Below, in pieces: positions 23,301 to 39,050 of a DNA stretch of 64,000 nucleotides. Positions within the stretch are counted from its first letter, which is position 1. Every line of letters begins with the position of its first letter. Made by a program: the position numbers and the translations under genes. The notes beneath the pieces are model-generated. The model worked only from the letters and a program-made list of their open reading frames with translations. It did not search any database and was not told the origin of the DNA. The DNA comes from the human T2T-CHM13v2.0 reference genome, Homo sapiens, in NCBI RefSeq assembly GCF_009914755.1, contig NC_060927.1; one strand, given 5' to 3'.

Positions 23301-24714
23301 GTAGCAGCACCAGCTCTAATGGGGATGGCAGGGGAGTGATGTAGACTCTGAAATTCCTTGGTTATTGATAGCTTTAATATGTTGGCTTTCTTGAATGCTG
23401 GTTATATTAGTAATAAACTGGTCACTGGTCACATGGACAGACTCAGGACCTCCTGGTTAACGAGAGTGGTATAAGCAGTGGTGACAGCTGATATTGTGCA
23501 GCTGTTTTCTCCTTCCTGGGCACAGTGTTATTCTTTCAGGAGATACTACAATGGACTGTGTTCGTTGGCCTCCAGCCAGGAGGTGGCAGTTTCAAAAGAG
23601 CCCCAGCTGTGGTAGCAGTGGGATTTTTTGCTCGCCTTATATTGCCTGGGGTGGGTCCTCTGTTTTCTCAGGCAATGGTCAGAGCCACATAGCTCCCAAG
23701 AGATTCTGTCCTTTGTGTTAAGCTACCAAGACAAGTGGCCAGATGGGGTCTGGGTCAGGCAGGTTTGTGCTCTGAGTCTCCACATGAGGGCAAACAGCTG
23801 CCCCTGTGTGTGTTGGGGGATGGGAGTGGTTCTCAGGTCATTGGGTTGATGATGTTCCAGAAGGGAGCATTGCTGCCTTTATTGCATAGAAGAATCTGCA
23901 CAAGGAGTGGGGAGTAGCAGGCGGTGGTAAGCCCCACACAGTTCCCACACACTTGGTGAGGCCAATTCACTCTCACAGTGTTCCACTGGCAGCAGCAAGC
24001 TGAGTTCTAGTCAGCCTGTATTCAGAACTCCCAACTGCCTTGAGTCATAAGCTTTCCCAGTGAAGATAGCAATGGAGCTTTCAGGCCACCCACCTTCCCC
24101 TCCCTGTTGGCTGCAAAGCTGGGTGCCTGGCTATTGCAGTTGCAACTCCTGCACTTTTGCCCCTTTTCACTCTCCCTTGCCCTGGCCCTGGCCAAGGGAG
24201 TTGGTCTCACTCGAGGTTATATCATGAAACCCTGTTGGGGGCTTCTTTCAACCTGCAACCACTGCCTGAACATTTTGGCTGTCCTCCACAGGGTCCCCTG
24301 TGAAGAATAAGGAATGGTTGTCCTCAGTTGATGCCGGTATCTGGGAGTGCATGCAAGGGTCTTCCCGCTACTGCTCCTACTTTTATATTCCAGGACCCTC
24401 CCCAGGTCGGTTCCTGTGCTGACTGGAGTTATGGCCTTCCCCCATAGCCTGGACTTTCAGGATCTCTGGTGGGAGGTGTGTATCCTGAAGGCAGAGTCCC
24501 CCTCTCACACTCTGGGGACTCATAGCCTTTAGCCTGACTCACAGCATATGCTGCAGCCTCCTGCTTCCTTCACAGTGTCTGTAGATTCCTTTGGTTTTCC
24601 TGTAGGTTCCTGTGTCACTTTTGGAAAAAAAGTTCACAATGTGAATCTCTGCACAGTATTTTGTCCTCTTAAGTGGGAGAATTATGCTAGCAATGCCTCT
24701 AATCAGCCATCTTG
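17385..24714 (-). mobile_element. Near full-length L1PB (L1PB1/2-like) with long 5' UTR and degraded ORF1 and ORF2
   Basis: 3' end atagctttgaggtacaagtg...ggatgaattatatagtggtga; ORF2 remnants 18557-20859; ORF1 remnants 21260-21637 and 21734-22021 (RLEQVEERISEL); 5' terminus ctctaatcagccatcttg. Confidence 0.9.
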
Positions 24715-24779
24715 AAAAAAAAAAAACCTATTTTTTAAATAATTTTTATACTTTGGAAGATCCAAATGTAATTCTGGTT

Positions 24780-26480
24780 ATCTTCACAAATACGATGTTT
24801 ATTTTACTTTAATGCTTTACTTAAATTATAAAGTATGCACATAGTGCAAAATATTCCAACTACATAGAAAGTTATACATTTAAAAGCCCAAAAGCCTTTT
24901 GGTTCTTCACCTTTCCATTCCTAGTGCCACACTTTAGAGACAATTGTGTTTAAATCTGTCCAGAGTCTCCTTGGTGGTTAATCCAAAAATTTAATATGTT
25001 ATACTAATTTCTATGTTTGTTTTTAACCTTTATATAGTATCTGTTGACTTCATGTTAAGAAAAATTGAGAATTTAGCAGTTATAATTCTAACAACCTCCT
25101 TTACCCCCCATGCTTCCTGATTTTGTTAGTAATATTATTATTTTTGTTTTAAAACACTTAACCTCTATTTCTTGATCCTAAACTTTGAACAGTTCTACTA
25201 CATAATATAAGCAGTTTAGTGTTCCTCCCTGATCCTTTTTTCATCATCTTTCACCTCCTACTACTAGGCTTAACATGTCAAAATTTCTGTGTTTTAAATC
25301 TTGTTCTATAATTATAATTCTTCAAGGATTTATCCATAAGTTGATATTAAACTTAGAAAATTTTATAAATAGAATTTATAATAGTATGATTATATTAATC
25401 TTAGGATTAAAATGAAAAGTAGAATGTCTAATCTCATGGAATGAAATCTGTGTTCTTCTGAAAGACAGTTTTTACACAACACTCCAACTTCCTAATCTAA
25501 ATTAAAATGCCTAGTGTTTAGGCCTGTGGTTCGATGGCCATTCTGTCTTTGTTGTTATTTTTAATTTCATTTCTAAAGTAATTCCATTGTTTCTGAGATG
25601 TCATAATTTCTCTCTCCTATATTTGTCTCAGTTTGCTAAAGTCAATTTTTAATATTTTTGTTTTTAATATGAGAAAGAAAAGATGGAAAATAAATTTTCA
25701 GAATTCTTTCATGTAACTCTCAATGAACAGTTGTTATTGCTCCATTTTTTTCCCTAACATAAAATGTTTATAATGAGAAAGAATTTTGATGCCATTTTTA
25801 TTCTTATTCCTTTATAGGTAACATGCTCTTTTTTTTTTTTTTTTTTTTCCCCAGGAAGATTTAGGACATTTTTCTAGTGGAGTGCTAACATCTTATCAAG
25901 AAGTGTATGCCCAAAACTTTTCTTGTTGATTTTGAAGAGTTGAGATGAATTTTCTTTGTTGATTTTTTTCATTCACTTCTCTTTGAATAATTTTCTTCTT
26001 TCCCTTCATTTTCTTCATTCGCTTCTCTTTGAATAATTTTTAAATTAGGTTTTGGATATTCTGAATCTGTCTACCATGTCTCTAAATGTTTCTCTAAAAT
26101 TTCCCTTCTCTTTATCTTTTTGGACTATGTTCTACTTTTCTTTGCATTTATGTAACCTATTATTAACATGTCCTTCAGCTGTGTCCATTCCATTATTCAG
26201 TCTCTAGTTGATCTGTTATTTTGTGATCATTTTATTCATTTTCAGGATCTCATTTATTCTTTTAAGTGATCCTTTTTAATAGTTGCCTTTTTGTAGATGA
26301 CTATTTCCTCATATTTCTCTAAGGAAAGAAGCATTTTTTTTAAAGCTTTTTGTGTTTGTTTTTTACATTACATTTACTATCTTCTGGGACAATGTTTCTA
26401 TTGCCTACTTTTGTTTTTCTCTTTGAATTTGTGAATTTTCTTCAAATACTAAATGAATCTTGGTTGCCTATTCATAATTA
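24780..26480 (-). mobile_element. Ancient L1M/L1ME remnants
   Basis: T-rich degenerate L1M-like antisense tracts (e.g. ttgatgccattttttattcttattcctttataggtaac). Confidence 0.45.
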
Positions 26481-26689
26481 TAAATGAAGAATACATTGGT
26501 TAGTGTAAATAACTGGTCTGCATTTCATGTACAGCTGTGGAGTGGTTGTCCCAAAGCTTTATACTCTGAAATAGAAGGCCGATTCTATATAAAATAAGGG
26601 ACCTGTCAATGTGCAGATTTCCCTTTAGACTATGTGGACAGGAAGTATATTGTCAGGCCCAGCACCACTGTTGTTACCAAGCTAAAGAA

Positions 26690-27140
26690 CATTTTATTTT
26701 GAGGTATTATTCATCACAATTCTTAGGTGCAAAAGAAAAAACTCACTTCAGTTAGTTGAATCAGGAAGGAATTTATTAAGAGAGGTTAAATAATTCACCT
26801 AGCTATTGAGAGAATTGGAGGATTAGTTTCTAGAAGAAACTGTCAGATAAAAAAACAAAAACAGTTGACAGAACCTCATTGAAGAACTGACCCAACTAGA
26901 GAACTCACAAAAGGTCACTTGTTCCCTAGAACCTCTCTCCTTCTGCTGCCTCCCACAGCCGCAGAACAGATGCCCTCTGCCCAGCCTGCTGCCTTATGTG
27001 GGTCACTTCCAGATCAAAGTTTTGTATGGATACAACTGATTGGGGTAACTAACATTACCTGTCTTCATTCTAGTTGCGATGGAGACTAGGAAATAAAGAC
27101 TTTAAAAATTGTACTTCAGGTAGCAGTATTCACAGTGTGG
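26690..27140 (-). mobile_element. Old MLT1-type LTR remnant
   Basis: ggtgcaaaagaaaaaactcacttcagttagttg...ggaatttatt...ctgattgg...tagttgcgatggagactaggaaa. Confidence 0.45.
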
Positions 27141-27890
27141 GGAACCATCAAAAGCAGAGAGTACTCAAAAGATTCAGAGCAGTCACAAGTGTCAGAGATC
27201 CCCTATGTGGAAAAACATACTTGAGTCTATTTCCATCTTCTGGTCCAGGTGCTCTTCCTTTTAACTGCACTGATCCAGTGACTTTATACCTGGCTTTATA
27301 CCTGTCTCTAGTCCTAAAATACACATGAATGGTCCCCTTACCGATAAATCTTTCTCATTAGAAAGCCTACCTGAAGCTTGAGATTCATTGCTACTGCCAA
27401 CTGAACAGAATATGAAATTGAAGGCATTGACCAGCTCCAGCTGTGCAAAGGAAATCCTTTAACTAATTATCCTAATTCTCAGCCCTGGTCCACTTGTGCT
27501 CTCTGTGCCTGCTGATTCCAAGGATGTGAGGGGGAGGTCCACCAGAAAGCAGTATGTCCACCTTCACTGCAGCCTCTTTTAACTATTTTCTCTGATCTGA
27601 TTTATGCATCCATAAGGCCCATCTAACTGCTATCTTCCAGAAATTAGTCAACATTTCTGTTTGGCTGATTGCATACTTCTTTTTTCTGTGCTCTTACAGA
27701 TGAATTATCTTTGCATGTCCTTGTTATCAATTCATTGGTTCTTTAAAAGGAATCTGAGGTAAATGTGGCTGTTAAGACACTATTTTGTTACAATGTTTAG
27801 TTCATATTTTAGATAAGGAAAAGCAAAGAAAATCTTATAGCCAGTGCCCCTCTCTGTTCTCTGCCCCGTGTTTAATATATATTGCCTACA

Positions 27891-28113
27891 CTGGGGGCTG
27901 GCCAACTTTTTCTATAAAGGGTCAGATGCAAATATTTTGGGCTTTACTGATAGTAAGGTCTCTGTCCTAACTATTCAAATCTGCTGTTGTAGGGCAAACA
28001 CAGCCGTAGACAATATATGAAGAGACAAGTGTGGCTGTGTTCAATAAAAGTTTATTTACAAAAACAGGTGGCAGGCCAGATTTGCCCAACAAAGCATGAC
28101 TTTCCCACCCCTG
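27891..28113. mobile_element. MER58A-like hAT-Charlie MITE
   Basis: ggccaactttttctataaagggtcagat...aatattttgggc...tgtggctgtgttcaataaaagtttatttacaaaaacaggtggcaggccagatttg...cccctg. Confidence 0.85.
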
Positions 28114-29664
28114 GTTTTCGTGAAAGGAGCTGAAGAAGAATATGCTGACAGTTTCAGCATGAAACAAGGAATGAAGTATTTGGGGATGCATCTAAGTTAC
28201 TCATATTGAGTAACTTGCTTCAACTCTCAATCTCTCATTGTCTATAGATATTAAAGAAATTTTAATTGGAAAAATGTAGATTTAAAAACATAGCATCATA
28301 CCCACAAAATACTTTGTTTTACTGTTTTCTTGTACCAATGAATGATAATTTCTATAGGGCTTCTTGTGACTTTGCTCTTTACAAAATGAAAGCAGCTTTT
28401 AAACAGCATTTTCTAGTGTAAAACACCCTAATATCAGAAATATTTTCCTCAGAAATTAGCATGTTTACATGCAAAGGAGAAGAAAGGTAAAAATCTCCAA
28501 AATTAACTTTAGAAAACCAGAATTGTATGTCATACATACATGGTAAATTAGCATGTGAAGAGAGCACAAAAATGAATGGTGATACACAATCACTTTCATC
28601 TCATTTTTTCTTAAATGAAATGCATATTGAAACATGGAGTCAGGAAGAGGACATAAATGTGTAGAGTAGCTATAATATAAAATATTTTAAAGTTGAAATG
28701 GATCAGAAAGATGCTGAAAACATACTTTCTCCACACATTTACTAAGGTGGATTTGTGACCACAAGCAGATTATATTTCCCTCTTTCATTTTATTCATGCA
28801 ATACTTGAACACCAATAAACAATCCCTTTAACTTCGATGTTCAGCTTGACATTTGTGTATGCAAACTGGAGAGAGAAAAATGCAGCTCTGAAGGTGTGTT
28901 AGAAGGACAGTGAACCTTAGGAGGTAGGAATTGAGCCTCTAAGGGAAGGAAAATATGTTCTGCAGGGCTGATTCTCCATGCTTTGTCAGTTGCTTCTATT
29001 GCTGTTGAGGCAGGTGACTCTCTTTGGGTGCTACTTATAAATGAGAAGTTTTCACTCATCACTGCCACTGCAGTGCTACCTCTTTGCTTTGCAGCCAGGC
29101 CTTCTCTCACATTCCTCTCTCAAACATCACTAATAACTTTCCAACTGGCAACTCCAAGGGATTTGACTTCTTTTTTTCTTTTTCTTGTTTACATCTGTTT
29201 AAGATTTATTTCATTAACCACAATGTTTTAGAATGATAGTATATACCGAAATACAGATGGAGTGATTCAAAATCCACCAAGAGTTAAAGGTCAAGAACCA
29301 AAGTCAGTGGCATTTGTATCCCAGGTCAATAAGAGTTTTCATCCACCATTTTGTTTTTCTTGGGTTAATGAGTTGACATACAAAACGCTGTGTTCTGAGC
29401 TCACCATGACTTCTGACAAACAAGCACCACCGGGGCAAAGTGCTTCATTTTTATTCTGCCTGTGCTTCTTCTTTCTTGACCGCTATGTGGTATATGAAGT
29501 TTCCCTTAAAAACTTAAATCTTTGATTCCTAAACACTTGTGTTTTTGTTTTCTTCCTAATTCTTTTCCTACTCTATGAATCAATTACCTAGAATTCTTCC
29601 ATACTCTTCCTATCCTTTAAGGGTTTAGCCCACTTTAATGCTCACTTATGGACAGAATTACATA

Positions 29665-29858
29665 ATGATTCTGAGCATAGATGTCTGAGCCCGATGGCAT
29701 GGCTTTAAATCCCAGTTTGGCCAGTCATTGTCTGTGTGACCATGGGTAAGTTCCTTAACCCTTTATGCCTCAGTTTCTTCAACTTTAGAATGGGCCAATA
29801 ATAATGTTTACCATGAATATGAAGTTTATGAAGTTCTACTGATAAAAATATGTAAAGC
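29665..29858 (+). mobile_element. MIR
   Basis: aaatcccag...ctgtgtgaccatgggtaagttccttaaccctttatgcctcagtttcttc. Confidence 0.85.
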
Positions 29859-30016
29859 AGGGTTTTCCATGTTATAACGTGCAGACAGATCAAATGGAAT
29901 TCTGGATGAAATGCAAATTCTGATTCAGTAGTTCAGGGATGGAGCTTTGGAGTCTGTTTCTATTATTCCCAAGTGATGCTGATGCTTCTGGTGTGCAGAC
30001 CACTGCAAGTAGCAAT
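29859..30016. mobile_element. MER5A-like hAT-Charlie MITE
   Basis: aaatgcaaattctgattcagtag...ccccaagtgatgctgatgc...gaccac. Confidence 0.75.
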
Positions 30017-30828
30017 AAGGAAAAGTGTTTAAAACCAAGCTGGGCACTACAGAAGCGTTAGCGTCATCATCATTGTCATTCTCATAATCATCACAGTCAA
30101 TATCATGCTCCTCTGTCCTTGAAACATTCTCTTCTCTTAGTGATCTCATGCATTTCCTTAGTATCATCCTACAAGAAGGAAAGCTTTGTGAGTGCAGGAA
30201 TCTTATTAGTCTTGTTATATCTAAATGCTTAGTAAATATTTGTTGGAAAAAGAAAAAGGAAGGAGAGGAGGCAGGAAAGTAGGATAATATTTCATGTGAA
30301 TAACTCCTAGTGTTTATCAACAGGTCTTCTCTCCTTAATTCCACTCCAACACCACCTACTCTGCTAAATGTCTCTATCTGAAAGTCCCCCAGGCAACTCA
30401 TATTTAATCCTTACAAAACTGTTGTGGTATCTGCTCTAGTCTTTCGTCTGTCCATATCTCTTTTCTCCAAATCTGTTACTATCTTCTGTGTTTCTTTTCA
30501 TGCTACACCCACATTTTTCTTTCTTTTGTTACTACCATTTTTCTAAAAAAAAAAAAAGTCCTCCTCCAGTCTTCACCTGTCAAGACAATAAATTTTCTTG
30601 ATGGCTTCCTCAAGGAATCTTCCTGTATGCCCCAATTAATGTGTAGTCTCAATACCCTGAAACCAATAATATTGCAGGTAGTACCTCTCTCATGACCCGC
30701 ATCTATTAATATTTGATTGTTGTTAAGGCGGTAGCAGTGCTACCCAACTTCAGTCATGCACATGCTGCCTCTATGATTTTGATAAATTTCTCCCTGTACA
30801 ATCTGTTATTGTCACTTTTATCAAAGAT

Positions 30829-32356
<1,528 letters not shown>

Positions 32357-32421
32357 TCAAAGGCCTTTTCTGCATCTATTGAGATAATCATGTGGTTTCT
32401 GTCTTTGGTTCTGTTTATATG

Positions 32422-34200
<1,779 letters not shown>

Positions 34201-34236
34201 TTAGTTGATGCAGTTTCTTCCTAGTCTCGATGGTCT

Positions 34237-35253
34237 TTACATTTTGGCATGATTTTGCAGCGGCTGGTACCGGTTGTTCCTTTCCATGTTTAGCGCTTCC
34301 TTCAGGAGCTCTTTTAGGGCAGGCCTGGTGGTGACAAAATCTCTCAGCATTTGCTTGTCTGTGAAGTATTTTATTTCTCCTTCACTTATGAAGCTTAGTT
34401 TGGCTGGATATGAAATTCTGGGTTGAAAATTCTTTTCTTTAAGAATGTTGAATATTGGCCCCCACTCTCTTCTGGCTTGTAGGGTTTCTGCCGAGAGATC
34501 CGCTGTTAGTCTGATGGGCTTCCCTTTGAGGGTAACCCGACCTTTCTTTCTGGCTGCCCTTAACATTTTTTCCTTCATTTCAACTTTGGTGAATCTGACA
34601 ATTATGTGTCTTGGAGTTGCTCTTCTCGAGGAGTATCTTTGTGGCGTTCTCTGTATTTCCTGAATCTGAACGTTGGCCTGCCTTGCTAGATTGGGGAAGT
34701 TCTCCTGGAAAATATCCTGCAGAGTGTTTTCCAACTTGGTTCCATTCTCCCCATCACTTTCAGGTACACCAATCAGACGTAGATTTGGTCTTTTCACATA
34801 GTCCCATATTTCTTGGAGGCTTTGCTCATTTCTTTTTATTCTTTTTTCTCTAACCTTCCCTTCTCACTTCATTTCATTCATTTCATCTTCCATCGCTGAT
34901 ACCCTTTCTTCCAGTTGATCGCATCGGCTCCTGAGGCTTCTGCATTCTTCACGTAGTTCTCGAGCCTTGGTTTTCAGCTCCATCAGCTCCTTTAAGCACT
35001 TCTCTGTATTGGTTATTCTAGTTATACATTCTTCTAAATTTTTTTCAAAGTTTTCAACTTCTTTGCCTTTGGTTTGAATGTCCTCCCGTAGCTCAGAGTA
35101 ATTTGATCGTCTGAAGCCTTCTTCTCTCAGCTCGTCAAAGTCATTCTCCATCCAGCTTTGTTCCGTTGCTGGTGAGGAACTGCGTTCCTTTGGAGGAGGA
35201 GAGGCGCTCTGCGTTTTAGAGTTTCCAGTTTTTCTGTTCTGTTTTTTCCCCAT
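34237..35253 (-). pseudogene. L1 ORF1p with a premature stop at codon 130
   Basis: MGKKQNRKTGNSK...EMNEMK* (CGA>TGA at 34864-34866); the same frame resumes and ends ...QPLQNHAKM. Confidence 0.93.
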
Positions 35254-36139
35254 CTTTGTGGTTTTATCTACTTTTGGTCTTTGATGATGGTGATGTACAG
35301 ATGGGTTTTCGGTGTGGATGTCCTTTCTGTTTGTTAGTTTTCCTTCTTACAGACAGGACCCTCAGCTGCAGGTCTGTTGGAATACCCTGCCATGTGAGGT
35401 GTCAGTGTGCCCCTGCTGGGGGGTGCCTCCCAGTTAGGCTGCTCGGGGGTCAGGGGTCAGGGACCCACTTCAGGAGGCAGTCTGCCGGTTCTGGGAGAAC
35501 CACTGCTCTCTTCAAAGCTGTCAGACAGGGACACTTAAGTCTGCAGAGGTTACTGCTGTCTTTTTGTTTGTCTGTGCCCTGCCCCCAGAGGTGGAGCCTA
35601 CAGAGGCAGGCAGGCCTCCTTGAGCTGTGGTGGGCTCCACCCAGTTCGAGCTTCCTGGCTGCTTTGTTTACCTAAGCAAGCCTGGGCAATGGCGGGCGCC
35701 CCTCCCCCAGCCTCGTTGCTGCCTTGCAGTTTGATCTCAGACTGCTGTGCTAGCAGTCAGCGAGATTCCGTGGGCGTAGGACCCTCCGAGCCAGGTGTGG
35801 GATATAATCTCGTGGTTCACCGTTTTTTAAGCCGGTCTGAAAAGTGCAATATTCGGGTGGGAGTGACCCGATTTTCCAGGTGCGTCCGTCACCCCTTTCT
35901 TTGACTCGGAAAGGGAACTCCCTGACCCCTTGCGCTTCCCAAGTGAGGCAATGCCTCGCCCTGCTTCGGCTCGCACACGGTGCGCTCACCCACTGGCCTG
36001 CGCCCACTGTCTGGCACTCCCTAGTGAGATAGACCAGGTACCTCAGATGGAAATGCAGAAATCACCCGTCTTCTGCGTCGCTCACGCTGGGAGCTGTAGA
36101 CCGGAGCTGTTCCTATTCGGCCATCTTGGCTCCTCCCCC
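35254..36139 (-). promoter_or_regulatory. L1 5' UTR internal sense promoter and antisense promoter
   Basis: YY1 site ccaagatggccg intact at 36118-36129; the most CpG-rich extended stretch in the window. Confidence 0.85.
35689..35904 (+). CDS. L1 ORF0 (antisense 5' UTR ORF, 71 aa), open; expression unknown
   Basis: gcaATGg context; MAGAPPPASLLPCSLISDCCAS...TRFSRCVRHPFL matches primate L1 ORF0. Confidence 0.75.
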   Translation: MAGAPPPASLLPCSLISDCCASSQRDSVGVGPSEPGVGYNLVVHRFLSRSEKCNIRVGVTRFSRCVRHPFL

Positions 36140-37400
36140 TTCTGTGCTTCTATTAAGAAATATGATGCTATTTTGCTTCTTGATCATTTATATGCTAACT
36201 TTTTTTTCCTCTGTGAATGGTTTTAAGATTTTCATCTTTATTTCACGTTGTTATCAAGTGTGCGGTCTTAATGAGAACCTATTTGAATGTATTCTGGAAA
36301 GATTGGAAGCCCTTTAAATCTAGAAATTCTAAGTTCATGTATGAAAGTATTTTTGTACTTTCTGTTGATATTGTCCACCCATCCCGGATGAACTGAATTT
36401 TGCTTTCTGAAAATACTGTCACTTAGATGTCCAATCTTCTAGATTCATTCTGTAAATGTCTTATATTTTCTTTTCATATTTTTATCTTTCTTTGTTCTGT
36501 TTTCTGAGATTTCTTTTTTCAGTGTTTCTATTGAGGTTGTAATTTCTAAACACATCTTTTAATTTTAGAGAGTTCCTTTTTGTTCAGTAAATGACCTTTT
36601 ATATCACCTTATTCTTGATTCATGAATATAATATTTCCTATTCTCTGATGGAAGATGGTAACAATATTTTTGACATTTTCCTCTCCATGAATCATCTCTG
36701 CTTTCCTAAAATTTATTTTTTCTATGTGCTAAAGCTTCTATTTGCACATTAGAGGGTTTTCTGTTTTGTTTGTTTATTTTTTACAAATATCTTCCTTTTC
36801 TTCCCTATCTGCTCAAACTTAAATACATGGTAACAGTTCTGGTTGGAAATTCTTACGTGCAGATGATAATTTTTAAATGTGAGTTGTTGGTATTATTTTA
36901 CTGGAGAACCCCCAAAATGATGACCTTTCAGACAGATTCATCAGAATTACCAAGGAAGAATCTTCCATTATTTCTTGCAATCTCAAAATTTATAAGTAAA
37001 TTTGTACTCATTCCCTGGTTTTACTAATGTACTGTTCTTACCTTTTCCTCACTTCTCATACACAGATTTATTTGCTCCTTTTGACACAAATCCACAATTG
37101 CCGGGCTATACAACATAGAAGAAGGAATTGGGGTATCAAAGTTCTCTTTGAACAAAATTACAGTATTTGCCAGCTTTTCTCCATTATCACTCCCTCTTCT
37201 GGAAGTTTCCATACTACTGACTCTTAAGCCTGTGGGAGGTCTGCAGTAAAAAGTAGGTAGTTTCCTAGCTTTCTAAGTGCAGCCACCAGATTCAGCTTTT
37301 CCAGGACCAAATATGCAAGCTTCCCCTAATCCTTCTGATCTCAAACTGTCAAAGTTATGTTGCTGTTGTCTTTTCACTTCTTTTTGCTTCTGTAAGTTTA
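36140..37400 (-). mobile_element. Ancient L1M ORF1-region remnant
   Basis: ttttaagattttcatcttta...gccctttaaatctagaaa...ttttcagtgtttctattgag...ttttaattttagagagttc. Confidence 0.5.
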
Positions 37401-37422
37401 TTTCTTTTAAAACATTTTTCAT

Positions 37423-37742
37423 GGCTGGGCATGGTAGCTCACACCTGTAATCCCACTATTTCGGGAGGCCGAGGCAGATGGATTTCGTGGAGCCAGGAGT
37501 TCAAGACCAGCCTGACCAATATGATGAAATTGTCTGTGCTAAAAATACAAATATTAGCCAGGCATGGTGGCAGGTGCCTGTAATCCCAGCTACTTGGGAG
37601 GCTGGCTGAGGCATGAAAATCACTTAAACCCAGGAGGTAGAGATTGCACTGAGTGGAGCTCAAGCTACTCCACTCCAGCCTAGGTGACACAGTGAGATTC
37701 CATCTCAAAAAATAAATAAATAAAAATAAGTAAATAATAACA
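37423..37742 (+). mobile_element. Diverged Alu (AluS/J)
   Basis: Dimer with (AAAT)n tail; TSD taaaacatttttcat 37408-37422 / taaaacatatttcat 37743-37757. Confidence 0.93.
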
Positions 37743-38124
37743 TAAAACATATTTCATTATTTTATTTAGAAGTAATGCATCAAAATAAGCTTTCTTAATC
37801 CTCTCCTGATTATTTTTTAACTGAAGTAACTATTTTTGCTTTAGCCCTAGCAATGTTTGTGAAATTTTTTTTCTGTTTAGCTATGTTTTATGCACAGCAA
37901 ATAAACACACAGTTTTTTAACTGCCCTCATAATGTCCAAGATTATTTTATGAATGTTTAATTTTAAGCATGATGTATTTTGAAAAGTGCTATGCAATATT
38001 TCTCAGCATGAGGTTGACACTCCTTAGATATTTATTGACTGGTAAAATTAATGGTCCCTGGACATTCCTTAGAATAATTTTTTAATAATGTATTTTACAC
38101 AATATGTTCATGTGTGGGTTCTGT

Positions 38125-38167
38125 GTCTGTGTGTATATGTTTGTGTGTGTGTGTGTGTGTGTGTGTG
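38125..38167. repeat. (TG)n microsatellite
   Basis: Pure TG run ~38142-38167 with a degenerate 5' extension. Confidence 0.9.
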
Positions 38168-38869
38168 CATGCACACAGCAGCTAATCAGTCACTTAATGG
38201 AAGGAGCACTGCAAATTGTCTGTGTACCCCCAGGAACAATTCCCCACTACTGAGTTGCCATATCACTCAGCAGGGTTGAGACCCTAGCAGTGGCGTTAAG
38301 TATTATCATTATTTTCCAGAATATTACCATCTGCTCATTTGATTCATTAACCTCCTATTGTACCTCATAAAAGAAATGTCTAGGCATGGAAGAAGATACA
38401 CTATAGAACCAAACAGGGAAGAGATGTTCATCACACATTTTGCTTTGGGAACAGGGGTCAATGTTTCTCTTGTTTTATTTTTTTCTTTCCTATACAGTTT
38501 ATTAACTTTCTTGCAGGGAGGTGGTAGACTGTCCACATAAATGAAATGATCCTGGTCTAGTTTGTTTATTGCTGGTGACAAGTTAAGACAAATCAATTAA
38601 TATTCAATGTAGTCATTTTTTGTGTGTCTTCCAAGAGGAGAAAAAGTAAATGAGCTAGTAATGAGCTAATAGCTGGTTAAATTAACAAACATGTTTTCCC
38701 ACTCCCCAGTTGGCTTTTTAAACCAATCATTATTAACATTAAAAGGATGTAATTTTTATGTTGGCCATATTCATGCTTATATGAGGTTGTAGAATCTGAA
38801 AAAATATGTGTTTTGGTGATTTCTCCGAATTATTTATGCAGGCACTTTTCTGTATTTTTCATCACTTAG

Positions 38870-39050
38870 TAATAATAAATACACATAACATATGCTATGT
38901 GGCAGACTTTGTTTAAAGAACTATGTATGTTAATTTATTTAATCTTCAAAACAACCTTTTGAAAGAGTTATTATTCTACTTAACTAATAACAAGATGAGG
39001 TACTCAGAGAATTGAGTAATATTCCAAGTCACATAGCTTGTAAGTGGTAG
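38870..39050 (-). mobile_element. MIR
   Basis: atttaatcttcaaaacaacc...gaggtactcagaga...aagtcacatagcttgtaagtggtaga. Confidence 0.7.

Noticed and set aside
22612-24532. GC-richer ORF cluster suggesting an exon-rich gene
   Set aside because: Lies within the L1PB 5' UTR
29925-30401. 158-aa minus-strand ORF with an acidic stretch
   Set aside because: Crosses L2, (TCA)n low-complexity and MER5A remnants; no recognisable domain
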